27,783 nt of DNA from Sandaracinaceae bacterium (GCA_044220955.1 JBGAQA010000088.1:1-27783); one strand, 5' to 3'; shown: positions 9,801-18,093, numbered from the stretch's first letter. Notes: generated by a model from the letters alone, not told the origin. Numbers and translations: made by a program.

Positions 9801-10620
9801 CGTCGAGCGTCGAGACGTACACGCTCGTGTCGTCGAGCACGGGCGCGTTGATCACGTCCGCGCCCACGTCGCGCGTCCAGATCTCGGCGCCGGTGCCCAG
9901 CCGGAGCGCCGTGAAGCCGTAGCCGCCGCCGTTGCGGATGTGGCCCGAGAACACGCGACCGGCGTTGGCCGCCGGCTGGCCCATGACCGGATCGCCCAGC
10001 CAGTGCGACCAGCGCTGCCGCCCGGTGCGCGCGTCCACGGCGAAGAGCGTGCAGCTCTCGGTGTTGAAGAGCACCTTGTCGCCCTCGACGATGGCCGCGG
10101 TCGGGCCACCGTCCGGCGCCGAGGCGCGCCACGCGAGCTCGCCGGTGCGCGCGTCGTACGCGAAGAACTGGTTGCTCGAGAAGCCGCCGCCGACGTAGAC
10201 GCGGTCGTGCCCGTAGACGGGCGTGAGCGGGTTCTGCCCGCCGTACTGGGCTACGCGCGCGAACCAGCCGCGGTGGCCGCCGTCGAAGGTGAAGCGCGCG
10301 CCGTCGCTGCCGTGCGTCCGCGGGATCGCGAGGTGCCGCGCCGCGACCCGCGCCGCGAGCGGGACGAGGTCGGTGGGGATCTCCGGCTCGCTCGGTCGTG
10401 CGGCCGCGCCTGCCACGTCGGCGACCGGGGGCGGAGGCTCGGGCGAGGAGTCCACCGCGTGCGCCGTCTGCTGCACGACGGGCATGGGTGAGGGCCGCGC
10501 CTCGTGCCCGCCCGCGCAGCTGATCCCGGCGATGGCCGCGGCGATCGACACCACCGCATGGCCGAGGAGACGGACCGATCCCTTCGTGCGCGCCTCTGGC
10601 GCGACCGCTCGCGTGCTCAT
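6691..10620 (-). CDS. Lipoprotein with PQQ-like beta-propeller, VIT and VWA domains
   Basis: GGAGG RBS (complement of 10626-10630) before ATG 10620. Lipobox-like IAGISC. Repeated AxDxxTGxxxW blades. VIT motifs VEQTFRNP...EAVYLFPLP and ASLLEQERPNLF. VWA MIDAS motifs DTSSSM and LLTDG. Confidence 0.9.
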   Translation of the reverse strand: MSTRAVAPEARTKGSVRLLGHAVVSIAAAIAGISCAGGHEARPSPMPVVQQTAHAVDSSPEPPPPVADVAGAAARPSEPEIPTDLVPLAARVAARHLAIPRTHGSDGARFTFDGGHRGWFARVAQYGGQNPLTPVYGHDRVYVGGGFSSNQFFAYDARTGELAWRASAPDGGPTAAIVEGDKVLFNTESCTLFAVDARTGRQRWSHWLGDPVMGQPAANAGRVFSGHIRNGGGYGFTALRLGTGAEIWTRDVGADVINAPVLDDTSVYVSTLDGVVHRFSQASGRVMWQRRIGATSAPWLDGETLHVTRRATEQGEDGHRHTVERAVVLRATNGETLREAEPVDASFLHGPIFDGSTESGWGFEGSRPTIVDGRVYQTIGNEVQSRDADTGELFWRREYTDEVHTRPASSPAIGGSLLVFGTSDGVVYGLDIDTGLTAWAYDVGEPIASQPTIAHGWVYASTTRGGVVGLEVGDDTLDGWHMWGGNARHAGPVTGDAATPEPDERPSEGTLALGSAPRDGEVAGFPLESTHVTARVTGFVAEVSVEQTFRNPYTRPVEAVYLFPLPESSAVDSMTLRAGDRTVRAHIDRRERAQADYQDARERGVLASLLEQERPNLFRESVANIRPGDAISVTLTYVSALDYEDGSYRFTYPLVAGPRYVPDEAGAAAATGTGSGTGGDLHQVVLAPNGERPDRVEVTIDADLGTSVASIDSPTHPLTVQRNDAHVAHVTLAEAARPDRDLEVRFHVAGAAPTVAIEQSPPVDGGVGTFALAIHPSLAVADDQVMPRELVFLVDTSSSMNGRPMALAQAAVEHALHGLRPTDTFRVLAFSDAVDPLSEAPLPASPENVARAITFVHGLRALGSTEMVGGIRAALTPAGEDGRMRMVLLLTDGYIGTETDVFRAVHDSLGQARVFALGVGSAVNRYLLTRVAEEGRGDVQVVLPGEDPAALADAFAARIARPFLTDVSIDWGGLAVSDVYPRRLPDLFADRPLRVTAHFTRAGHQTVTIRGRIAGRPFSQQVDVSLASSGEARPELGSMWARARIADLTTAMTLAETPALVEEVTQIGLAHHLLTDYTAFLAIDEGYHVEGPAVRVHEPSALPDGMGASTAEAPAERSATSAASAPQDPYPAGAVAREYGGPAEGAGTGMAYGSGSMGRMRADLADLSELGGGWAVPTTVSPEPAAPTASPLAPDEHPARVAAGGGVDCYALARRPDGTIDEEALRRCLEAQGGVLAEKSVKPSESESESESESESESARPALSASPSRSVPLPARPRGARRRGGRARAAGTRGASGRRSGLPQRDRAG
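6846..6892. repeat. Hexanucleotide microsatellite (CGCTCT)x7.8, encoding a Ser-Glu run on the - strand
   Basis: Seven perfect copies plus 5 nt, read directly. Confidence 0.97.
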
Positions 10621-10737
10621 GGAAACCTCCGCGGAGCCGGCCCCGGCGATCCTGCGGCGCGGGTGGCTCCGGCTCGGTTGACCCGCCCGGAGAGGCAGAC
10701 CTTGGCAACGCGCGCGCCGCGGTGGCGATAAGCGCAC

Positions 10738-11589
10738 ATGCGGACCCTGCGGCCCGAGGACGACGGCTACCCCGCGGTGCTGCGCCGGCTCCGGCGCGCG
10801 CCCCGCACCCTCCACGTCGACGGCTCGCTCGAGGGTCTCGAGCGCGCAGTCGGGATCGTCGGGACCCGGCGCGCGACCCCGCGCGCGCTCGACCTCGCGC
10901 GCCGGCTCGGACGCGACCTCGCGAGCGCGGGCGTGCTGGTCGTGTCGGGGGGCGCCGAGGGGATCGACCGGGCGGCGCACGAAGGAGCGCTCGAGGCGCC
11001 GGGCGGGCGGACGATCGCGGTGCTCCCGACCGCGCTCGCGTCACCCTACCCGCGCGCGCACGCAGCCCTCTTCGAGCGGATCGCGTCGCGCGGGGCCCGG
11101 CTCACGGAGCACGTGAGCGCGCGCGTGGTCCGTCCCGCGCACTTCCTCGAGCGCAACCGCGTCATCGCCGCGCTCTCGCGGGTGGTCGTCGTCGTGCAAG
11201 CGCCCGTGCGCTCGGGAGCCCTGCGCACCGCGCTCGACGCACGCTGCCTGGCGATCCCCGTGCTCGCGGTGCCCTGGTCGCCCGACGAGCCGGCCGCCGC
11301 CGGATCGCTGGCGCTGCTGGCCGAGGGAGCGGGGCTGTGTCGCGATGCGGCCGACGTGCTCGCGGCGCTCGGCGAGCGCGCCCGCCCCTCGCCTCCGCCC
11401 CCGCTCGGGCCCGGCGCGCTCGATCCGGACGCGCGGGCGATCTGGGCGCTCCTCGACGACACCGCCTCCGACCGCGAGTCGGTCGTGGTCCGCTCAGGCC
11501 TGGCGGTCGGTCGCGCGCAGGCCGCGCTGGTCCAGCTGGTGATGGCCGGTGTCGTCCACGAGGACGCGCGCGGCGTCCGACGGCGGTGA
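10738..11589 (+). CDS. dprA: DNA-processing protein DprA (Rossmann domain plus C-terminal winged helix; no N-terminal SAM domain)
   Basis: GIVGTR, VVSGGAEGIDRAAH, FLERNRVIAALS, SGALRTA. Confidence 0.93.
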   Translation: MRTLRPEDDGYPAVLRRLRRAPRTLHVDGSLEGLERAVGIVGTRRATPRALDLARRLGRDLASAGVLVVSGGAEGIDRAAHEGALEAPGGRTIAVLPTALASPYPRAHAALFERIASRGARLTEHVSARVVRPAHFLERNRVIAALSRVVVVVQAPVRSGALRTALDARCLAIPVLAVPWSPDEPAAAGSLALLAEGAGLCRDAADVLAALGERARPSPPPPLGPGALDPDARAIWALLDDTASDRESVVVRSGLAVGRAQAALVQLVMAGVVHEDARGVRRR

Positions 11590-12978
11590 GGCCGGACCGA
11601 AGCGCATCCAGGCGAGCGCGAGCACGACGGCCAGCGTGACGAGGAAGCCGAGCACGGCGAGCGCGGCGATGAAGGGCCACCACGAGCGCCCCGGCGGCGA
11701 CGCGGGCACGACCGGCGCAGCGATCGGGGCGCGGGCGGGCGCGGCATCGGGCGGCGGCGGCTCCGATCCATCGTGCCCGAACGACTGCGACCACCCCTCT
11801 GCGCTCGCCGCCTCGTGCTCGGCCAGCACGGCCTCCGCGGCGGCGACGTTCATCGCCTGCAGCGTGCCGGTCATGCGCTTGGCCTCGGGCGGCAGCGGCG
11901 CCTTCTCGGCCGGGGTGAACATCGTCCCGACCGCGACCGCGACGCGCTGCACGCCGACCGAGTGCCCGTTCATGCCGAGCCACTTCTCGAGCGCGGCCTG
12001 CATCGCCCCCGCGCTGGGCCAGCGCTCGCTCGGGTTCTTCGCGAGCGCCCGCCGCACGATGGAGTCGAGCTCCTTCGAGATCCCGGGGCGATCGCTCTCC
12101 ATCGAGGGCGGTGGCTCGTTGGTGATCGCCATCATCGAGAGCTGCGGCCCGCCGCGCCCGTAGAGCTGTCGCCCGGTGAGCGCCTCGTAGAGGCACACGC
12201 CCATCGCGAACACGTCCGAGCGCCCGTCGAGCGGCCGCCCGCGGACCTGCTCGGGCGACATGTACTCGTACTTCCCCTGGATGGCCTTGCCGCGCTCGAC
12301 ACCCTTGCCCGCCTGCTTGGCGATGCCGAAGTCGAGGAGCTTCACCTCGCCCGTCCAGCGCATCATCACGTTGTGCGGCGTCACGTCCTGGTGGACGAGG
12401 CCGAGCGCGCGTCCGTCGACCCCCGTCGCGGTGTGCACGTACTCGAGCGCCCCGAGCACCTTCGCGGCGACGTGCACCACGACGGGCACCGGCAGGCCCT
12501 TGCCGCCCGCGCGCCGCACGGCATCGCGGAGCGACACGCCGTGCACCCACTCGAGCGCCATGTACGTCATGCCGCCCGCCTCGCCGACCTCGTACGCATG
12601 GCAGACGTTCGGATGGAAGAGGCGCATCGCGGTGCGCCCCTCCTCGAGGAACATCGCGCGCATCTCGGGATCGTTCTCGACCTCCGAGAGCACGCGCTTG
12701 ACGACGACGTGCGTGACGCTGCCGTCGTCCTCCCGCGCGCGCGCCAGGTACACCTCGGCCATGCCGCCGCGGGCGAGGCGCCCGAGGATCTCGTAGCGGC
12801 CGATCTTCGCGATCGCCGGGTAGGCCGGGACCTCCTGTGCCTTGAACAGGTCGGTCCCGACCGAGGTCGCCCCCATCTCGCCGTCGTCGAAGTCGAGCGC
12901 GTCGTCGTCGCTCGCGAGATCCGCGAGATCATCGCCCCCTACGGGGTCGCCCGAGCCGGGAGCCATCGGAGCCACCAT
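11494..12978 (-). CDS. Hanks-type Ser/Thr protein kinase with C-terminal TM helix
   Basis: LARGGMAEVY, VVVK, HQDVTPHN, KLLDFG, YMSPEQ, SDVFAMG. TM segment WWPFIAALAVLGFLVTLAVVLALAW. Start is 12978 or 12966. Confidence 0.92.
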   Translation of the reverse strand: MVAPMAPGSGDPVGGDDLADLASDDDALDFDDGEMGATSVGTDLFKAQEVPAYPAIAKIGRYEILGRLARGGMAEVYLARAREDDGSVTHVVVKRVLSEVENDPEMRAMFLEEGRTAMRLFHPNVCHAYEVGEAGGMTYMALEWVHGVSLRDAVRRAGGKGLPVPVVVHVAAKVLGALEYVHTATGVDGRALGLVHQDVTPHNVMMRWTGEVKLLDFGIAKQAGKGVERGKAIQGKYEYMSPEQVRGRPLDGRSDVFAMGVCLYEALTGRQLYGRGGPQLSMMAITNEPPPSMESDRPGISKELDSIVRRALAKNPSERWPSAGAMQAALEKWLGMNGHSVGVQRVAVAVGTMFTPAEKAPLPPEAKRMTGTLQAMNVAAAEAVLAEHEAASAEGWSQSFGHDGSEPPPPDAAPARAPIAAPVVPASPPGRSWWPFIAALAVLGFLVTLAVVLALAWMRFGPASPPSDAARVLVDDTGHHQLDQRGLRATDRQA

Positions 12979-12995
12979 ACACGAGACGGGCGCGA

Positions 12996-13793
12996 TCAGC
13001 CCGGACGCAGCGTCCCCGAGACGACGCTGCGCTCGCCGTCCGCCGTGGCGATGCGCAGCGCTCCGCGCGCGTCGAGGCCCAGGAGCGTGCCCTCGACGTC
13101 GTCGACGAAGACGCGCTCGCCGCGAAGCGCGAGCCTCTCCTCCAAGCGCGCGAGGGTCGCGGCGACGCCGTCACCGAGGAGCGACTCGACGGCGCGCTCG
13201 ACCGCCCGCAGGAGCTCGGCGAGGACGACGTTGCGGTCGAGCGGCGGGCAGGCCAGGCCGCCGGACGCCTCCCGCAGCGAGGTCGCCTGACCGGCCAGCG
13301 CGTCGGGCCACGCGAGCCGGTTCACCCCGAGCCCGATGCCGACGATCATCGGCGAGAGCTGCTCGCCCATGGAGCTCGACTCGACGAGCACGCCCGCGAC
13401 CTTCCGGCGCCCGACCCACGCGTCGTTGGGCCACTTCACGGCGACCCGTCCCGCCAGCGCGGGCGCGACGCGCAGCACGGCGTCGGTGACGCCGAGCCCC
13501 ACCGCGAGCGTGACGGCAGGGACGAACGCCGCCTTGACGGCGTGGCGCTCGACGATCGAGACGTAGAGATCGACGCCGGGCGGCGACGACCAGGCACGCG
13601 CGCGCGAGCCGCGACCATGCTCCTGCGCGTCGGCGACCACCACGTGCCCGTGCGGCGCGCCCCGCGCGGCGGCGTCCCGCGCGTCGTCGTTGGTCGACCC
13701 GGTGATCGCGCGCACCTCGAGCGAGCGGCCGTAGTGGCGGGTCGCGAGCAGCGAGCCGATGCGGGCCGCGTCGAGCGCGGGCGACTCGCTCAC
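12996..13793 (-). CDS. birA: Biotin--[acetyl-CoA-carboxylase] ligase (class I, no HTH)
   Basis: STND, QEHGRGSRARAWSSP, KWPND, KVAGVLVE, GIGLGVN. Confidence 0.95.
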   Translation of the reverse strand: MSESPALDAARIGSLLATRHYGRSLEVRAITGSTNDDARDAAARGAPHGHVVVADAQEHGRGSRARAWSSPPGVDLYVSIVERHAVKAAFVPAVTLAVGLGVTDAVLRVAPALAGRVAVKWPNDAWVGRRKVAGVLVESSSMGEQLSPMIVGIGLGVNRLAWPDALAGQATSLREASGGLACPPLDRNVVLAELLRAVERAVESLLGDGVAATLARLEERLALRGERVFVDDVEGTLLGLDARGALRIATADGERSVVSGTLRPG

Positions 13794-13794
13794 G

Positions 13795-14712
13795 TCAGAC
13801 GTAGGCGAGCCACTCGGGCTTCGGCGGGCGCTGGCCGCGCACGACCTCGAAGTAGCGCGCCTGGATGCGCGCGGTGATCGGCCCGCGGCCGCCGCTGCCG
13901 ACCTTGCGGTCGTCCACCTCGCGCACGGGCGTGACCTCGGCGGCCGTGCCGCACATGAAGACCTCGTCGGCGACGTAGAGCTCGTCGCGCGCGATCGAGC
14001 GCTCCTGCACCGGCACGTTCATCTCGCGCAGCAGGTGCAGGATCGTGTCCCGCGTGATGCCCCCGAGGATCGCGCTGCCGAAGGCCGGCGTGTGCACGAC
14101 GCCGTCGCGCACCATCCACACGTTCTCGCCCGACGCCTCGGAGACGTGACCCTCGCTGTCGAGCAGGATGGCCTCCTGGTAGCCGGCGGCGAGCGCCTCG
14201 CGCTTGGCGAGGATCGAGTTCACGTAGTGGCCGACGACCTTGCCCTTGGCCATCAGCATGTTGATCCCGGGTCGCTGGAACGACGAGATCTTGGCGCGGA
14301 TGCCGCTCTTGAGGCCCTCCTCGCCGAGGTAGGCGCCCCAGTGCCAGCACACGATCGAGACGCGCGTCGGGTTCACCGCTCCGAGGCCCATGGCGCCGTC
14401 GCCGAGGAACGCGAGCGGGCGCAGGTAGCAGGCCTTGAGGCCGTTCACGCGGACCGTCTCGAGGCACGCCTCGACGATCTGATCCTCGGTGTAGGGCATC
14501 GGCATCGTGCAGATCTTCGCCGAGTCGAAGAGGCGCCGGACGTGCTCGCGCAGGCGGAACACCGCGCTCTTGCCGTCGTGCGTCTCGTAGCAGCGGATGC
14601 CCTCGAAGACGCCGAGCCCGTAGTGCAGCGTGTGCGTGAGGATGTGGACGTTGGCGGCGTCCCAGTCGACGAGCTTCCCGTCGAGCCAAACCTTCTGGAC
14701 CTTGTCGACCAT
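13795..14712 (-). CDS. ilvE: Branched-chain amino acid aminotransferase
   Basis: LHYGLGVFEGIRCY, YLRP, KVVGHYVNS, EASGEN, ILGGITR, FMCGTAAEVTP. GGAGG RBS upstream. Confidence 0.97.
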   Translation of the reverse strand: MVDKVQKVWLDGKLVDWDAANVHILTHTLHYGLGVFEGIRCYETHDGKSAVFRLREHVRRLFDSAKICTMPMPYTEDQIVEACLETVRVNGLKACYLRPLAFLGDGAMGLGAVNPTRVSIVCWHWGAYLGEEGLKSGIRAKISSFQRPGINMLMAKGKVVGHYVNSILAKREALAAGYQEAILLDSEGHVSEASGENVWMVRDGVVHTPAFGSAILGGITRDTILHLLREMNVPVQERSIARDELYVADEVFMCGTAAEVTPVREVDDRKVGSGGRGPITARIQARYFEVVRGQRPPKPEWLAYV

Positions 14713-14769
14713 CGCCGCCTCCGCTTGCCCGTCCGGCGGGCTTCTAGCACGAGGGTCCGGCCGAACGGA

Positions 14770-17430
14770 TCAGGGATCGACGTCGAAGCCGCCGAGCGGG
14801 ATCACGGTGGTCGGCGCACCGCCGTACAGGGCCTCGATCGCACCCCCTGCGTCGTCGAGCACCTGCAGCGTGAGGCCGAAGTGGGCCGTGCCCTCGAGCG
14901 CCATCTCCTCCGGCCCCGGGATGCGCAGCGTGCAGGGGTCGTCGAGGTACTCGCCCGCTCGCCAGCGGGGGGTCGGGTAGCGCGAGTGGACCGGGTAGTG
15001 CCAGCAGTGGAAGTGCTCCGGCAGGCCGACGCCCGGCGGTCCGTCGACGGTGACGCGGAAGAAGAGGTTCGCGTCGGTCTCGTCGGTGACGCGGTAGTAG
15101 AGGTCGAGCGGGAGGCGGTCGCCGCGTCGCACGCGCGCGCTCGGCATGTCGAGCCCGAGCACCTCGAACGTCGGGTAGACGGCGTGGATCCCGCGCTGCG
15201 GCGCGGGCGGCCGCGCGAGACGGTGCTGCGCGATGACCTCGTCGTCGCGGCTGTCGGGGAGGCTCGCCGCGGCGCTCCACGCCCGGAGCTCGCCGAGGAG
15301 CTCGGCGGCCTCGCCCGGGCGGTCGTCGGAGAGGTCGTCGAGCTCTCCCGGATCCTGCGCGAGATCGAAGAGCTGGATCCGTCCGTCGCGCGACCACCAC
15401 ATGAGCTTCTGCGTCCCGCGGCGGAGCACCTTCACGTCGTAGGGATGGAGGCCATCGGGCAGGAGCTCGGCGAGGATCGTTCGATCGGGGTCGATGCCCC
15501 GCTCGCCCGTCATGAGCGGGACCAGCGACTCGCCGGAGATCGGCCGCGTCATCGGAGCGCCCGCGAGGTCGGCGAGCGTCGGAGCGAGATCGACGAGCGA
15601 GACGTTCCCGTCGATCCGCGCGGCAGGGATCCCCGGCACGCGGACGAGGAGCAAGGGCCGCATCTCCTCCTCGTAGAGCGTGGTCGAGTGGTACCAGGTG
15701 CCGTGCTCGCCGAACGCCTCGCCGTGATCGGAGGCGAGCACGACGACGGTGCGCTCGGCGATCCCGCGCTGGTCGATCGCGTCGAGGATGCGCTGGAACT
15801 GCTCGTCCGCGAAGACGACCTCCGTGTCGTAGCGATCCATCTCCTCGCCGCCGAAGCGCGAGACGACGCCGTCCTGCAGGTAGGGCGCGTGGCAGTTGAA
15901 GAGGTGCACCCAGAGCAAGAACGGCGTCCCGCTCGCCGCGAGCTGATCGAGGATCGGCAGCGCCTCGTCCATCGCGCGCGGTCGGGGCGGGTCGTAGACC
16001 TCGAACTGGCGCGCGGTCTCGAAGCCCTGGAAGAAGCCGACGACGCGCTGGAAGTAGTTCGTCGCCATCACGGCGGCCGTGCGGTAGCCGCGCGCCTCGA
16101 GGAGCTCGGCGACCGACTCGTTCACCGGCATCACGGAGGGCCAGAGGTACTCGGGCCCCCACGCGATCTCGGACGGATAGAGCCCTGTCCACATCCCCGG
16201 GATCGAGCGCAGCGAGCGCGACGACGAGGGGATCGCGCCCGTGAACTGCACCGCGTCGCGCGCGAACGCGTCGATGTGCGGCGAGGTGGCCCGGGCGTAG
16301 CCGTTCACGCCGAGGTGATCGCGGCGGAGCGCGTCGATCGTGACGACCACGAAGCTCGGTTGCGCGAGCACGTGCGGACGCGTGCCATATCGTCCGTCTC
16401 CGCGCGCCACGACGTCCGGGGAGCCGTCACCGGCGAAGCAGTCGGAGTCGATGCCGTCGCCGGGCGCGTCGACGGCGCCCGGGTAGATGCGCGCATCATG
16501 GTCGTCGCAGTCGCCGCCGCCGAAGGCCGCGGTGAAGCCGTCGCGGTCCGCGTCGCCGCGCGAGGCGTAGAAGCGCACGAGCCGTGCACCGACGAGCGAG
16601 CGCTGCTCGACGACGCTGCGGACCCGGTTGCCTGCCCACCACGAGCCGTGGCCGTAGGTGGACGACGCGACGAGGTACGAGGCGACGACGATGCCGACGA
16701 CGACGCTCGCGGCGGACGCGAGCCAGCGCGTGGAGCGCCGACGCGCGAGGCCGAGCGCGAGCGGGATCCCGGCGAGGAACGCGACGACCCCGATCGGTAT
16801 CGCGACCCAGAGCACGTCGTCGACGCCTTCGAGCGACTCGCTGCGAGAGAGCACGACGAGCACGGCGAGGAGCGCAGGGATGGCGATCGCGAGCAGCGAC
16901 GCGAAGGTCCCGAGCCGTCCGAGGAGCGCAGCCACGCGGACGAGCACGACGCGCAGCAGCGCGTACACGACGTAGGAGGCCACGAAGAGCCCGACCACGA
17001 GCCCCGCGAGCGCGTAGCCCGCGAGATCCTGCCGATGGAAGCGCGTCGCGAAGTCCCCGTACGCGCGCGAGACCACGTAGAACACGATGCCCAGGGTGCC
17101 GAGCCACGCGAGGGGCTGCGCGAAGTGCTCTGGATCCGGGCGTAGCCATCGCGAGGGCGAGCCGTAGAACGTGCGGACCCCGGCGAGGAATGGTGAGGCG
17201 CGCACGAGCGCGAGCACGAGCCCGAGCGCCACCCCGAGCGCGAGCCCGATCGGCATCGCGAACGCGACCAGGTCGAGCGCGGCGAAGAAGAGCTCGCCCG
17301 CGCTCACGCGCACCCCCGCCGCGACGGTGGCGGCGTGCAGGACGTCGGCCAGCGCGACGGCGAGCGCGCCGAGCACGCAGCCGATCACCATCTCCGGCAG
17401 CGCGCGCGCGGGCGTCTCCGGGTGCGTCAC
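14770..17430 (-). CDS. Membrane-anchored sulfatase/alkaline-phosphatase-fold protein with MopE-type metal-binding motif
   Basis: About 7 N-terminal TM segments. DADRDGF...GDCDD...IYPGAVDAPGDGIDSDC motif. VTIDALRRDH, HAPY, SDHGE, SLVDLAPT, LFDLAQDPGE. Start uncertain (GTG 17430, or 17475/17391). Confidence 0.85.
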   Translation of the reverse strand: MTHPETPARALPEMVIGCVLGALAVALADVLHAATVAAGVRVSAGELFFAALDLVAFAMPIGLALGVALGLVLALVRASPFLAGVRTFYGSPSRWLRPDPEHFAQPLAWLGTLGIVFYVVSRAYGDFATRFHRQDLAGYALAGLVVGLFVASYVVYALLRVVLVRVAALLGRLGTFASLLAIAIPALLAVLVVLSRSESLEGVDDVLWVAIPIGVVAFLAGIPLALGLARRRSTRWLASAASVVVGIVVASYLVASSTYGHGSWWAGNRVRSVVEQRSLVGARLVRFYASRGDADRDGFTAAFGGGDCDDHDARIYPGAVDAPGDGIDSDCFAGDGSPDVVARGDGRYGTRPHVLAQPSFVVVTIDALRRDHLGVNGYARATSPHIDAFARDAVQFTGAIPSSSRSLRSIPGMWTGLYPSEIAWGPEYLWPSVMPVNESVAELLEARGYRTAAVMATNYFQRVVGFFQGFETARQFEVYDPPRPRAMDEALPILDQLAASGTPFLLWVHLFNCHAPYLQDGVVSRFGGEEMDRYDTEVVFADEQFQRILDAIDQRGIAERTVVVLASDHGEAFGEHGTWYHSTTLYEEEMRPLLLVRVPGIPAARIDGNVSLVDLAPTLADLAGAPMTRPISGESLVPLMTGERGIDPDRTILAELLPDGLHPYDVKVLRRGTQKLMWWSRDGRIQLFDLAQDPGELDDLSDDRPGEAAELLGELRAWSAAASLPDSRDDEVIAQHRLARPPAPQRGIHAVYPTFEVLGLDMPSARVRRGDRLPLDLYYRVTDETDANLFFRVTVDGPPGVGLPEHFHCWHYPVHSRYPTPRWRAGEYLDDPCTLRIPGPEEMALEGTAHFGLTLQVLDDAGGAIEALYGGAPTTVIPLGGFDVDP

Positions 17431-17492
17431 CCGCCCGCCGTTCGAACGCGCGTTCGCCACCTGTGCCGCACGCATACCCGCGCGCCGGCGGG

Positions 17493-17540
17493 AGAGAAAA
17501 GAGAACGACCGCGCCGTGCCGAACGCACGGGCGGCCGCTT
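17493..17540 (-). terminator. Rho-independent terminator
   Basis: On the - strand, AAGCGGCCGC-CCGTGC-gttcg-GCACGG-c-GCGGTCGTT is followed by CTCTTTTCTCT. Confidence 0.75.
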
Positions 17541-17653
17541 CTTCATCCCAGGAGCCGGGCCCCCCAATTGTGTAGGCTCGCTCCGGCCCCTCCCGTCCGC
17601 GGGCTGCGCCCGCTCCCGTCCGGGACCTCCGTGGCGAGCTCTCCGGTCCGCGA

Positions 17654-18061
17654 TCAGCTCGCCGCGGGCTCGGTCACGAGCTTGCGCGAGGAGCTCGCGC
17701 GGCTCCGCTTGGCCGCCGGGCGTGCCTTCTTCTTGGGGGCGGGCTTCGTCAGGCTCGAGGCGCGGGCGAGCTCGCGCTCGATGCGGCCGAGGCGCGCGTG
17801 GACGGTCTCGTGCGCGCGGGCGAGCGCGCCGTCGGCCAGGCGGAGCGCGGCACGCTCGACGCCGCGGGGCGCCGCGAGGCGCGCGACCTCGGCCCGGACG
17901 GCGTCGCGCCGCGCGGCGAGGTAGAGCTGCCAGTCGAGGGCCTCGTTCGAGACGGCCTTCGCCAGCCCGTCCCCGGCGCGCCGCGTTCGGCTGACCAGGG
18001 CGAGGCTCTCGCGGGCGAGGTGGCTGCGGGTGTCGTCGATCCGTTCGATCAGGGTGGCCAT
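17654..18061 (-). CDS. Hypothetical 135-aa helical protein with K/P/A-rich basic tail (possibly phasin-like)
   Basis: Perfect AGGAGG RBS (complement of 18070-18075) 8 nt before ATG 18061. Tail TKPAPKKKARPAAKRSR. The function call is weak. Confidence 0.75.
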   Translation of the reverse strand: MATLIERIDDTRSHLARESLALVSRTRRAGDGLAKAVSNEALDWQLYLAARRDAVRAEVARLAAPRGVERAALRLADGALARAHETVHARLGRIERELARASSLTKPAPKKKARPAAKRSRASSSRKLVTEPAAS

Positions 18062-18093
18062 GTTTCGGTCCTCCTGAGCCCTAGATGCCACCG

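Noticed and set aside
7030..11044. ORFs 7030..9636 (+), 7808..11044 (-) and the 10621-10980 extension of the VIT gene
   Set aside because: Shadow frames. The RBS and lipobox support ATG 10620, and the extension would overlap dprA.
13759..17145. 1128-aa + strand ORF
   Set aside because: Antisense shadow of ilvE and the sulfatase-fold gene.
17605..17632. Resemblance of GAGGTCCCGGACGGGAGCGG (- strand) to SRP RNA helix 8
   Set aside because: The loop is GGAC, not GNRA. The CAGG/AGCAG internal loop and long flanking helix are absent.
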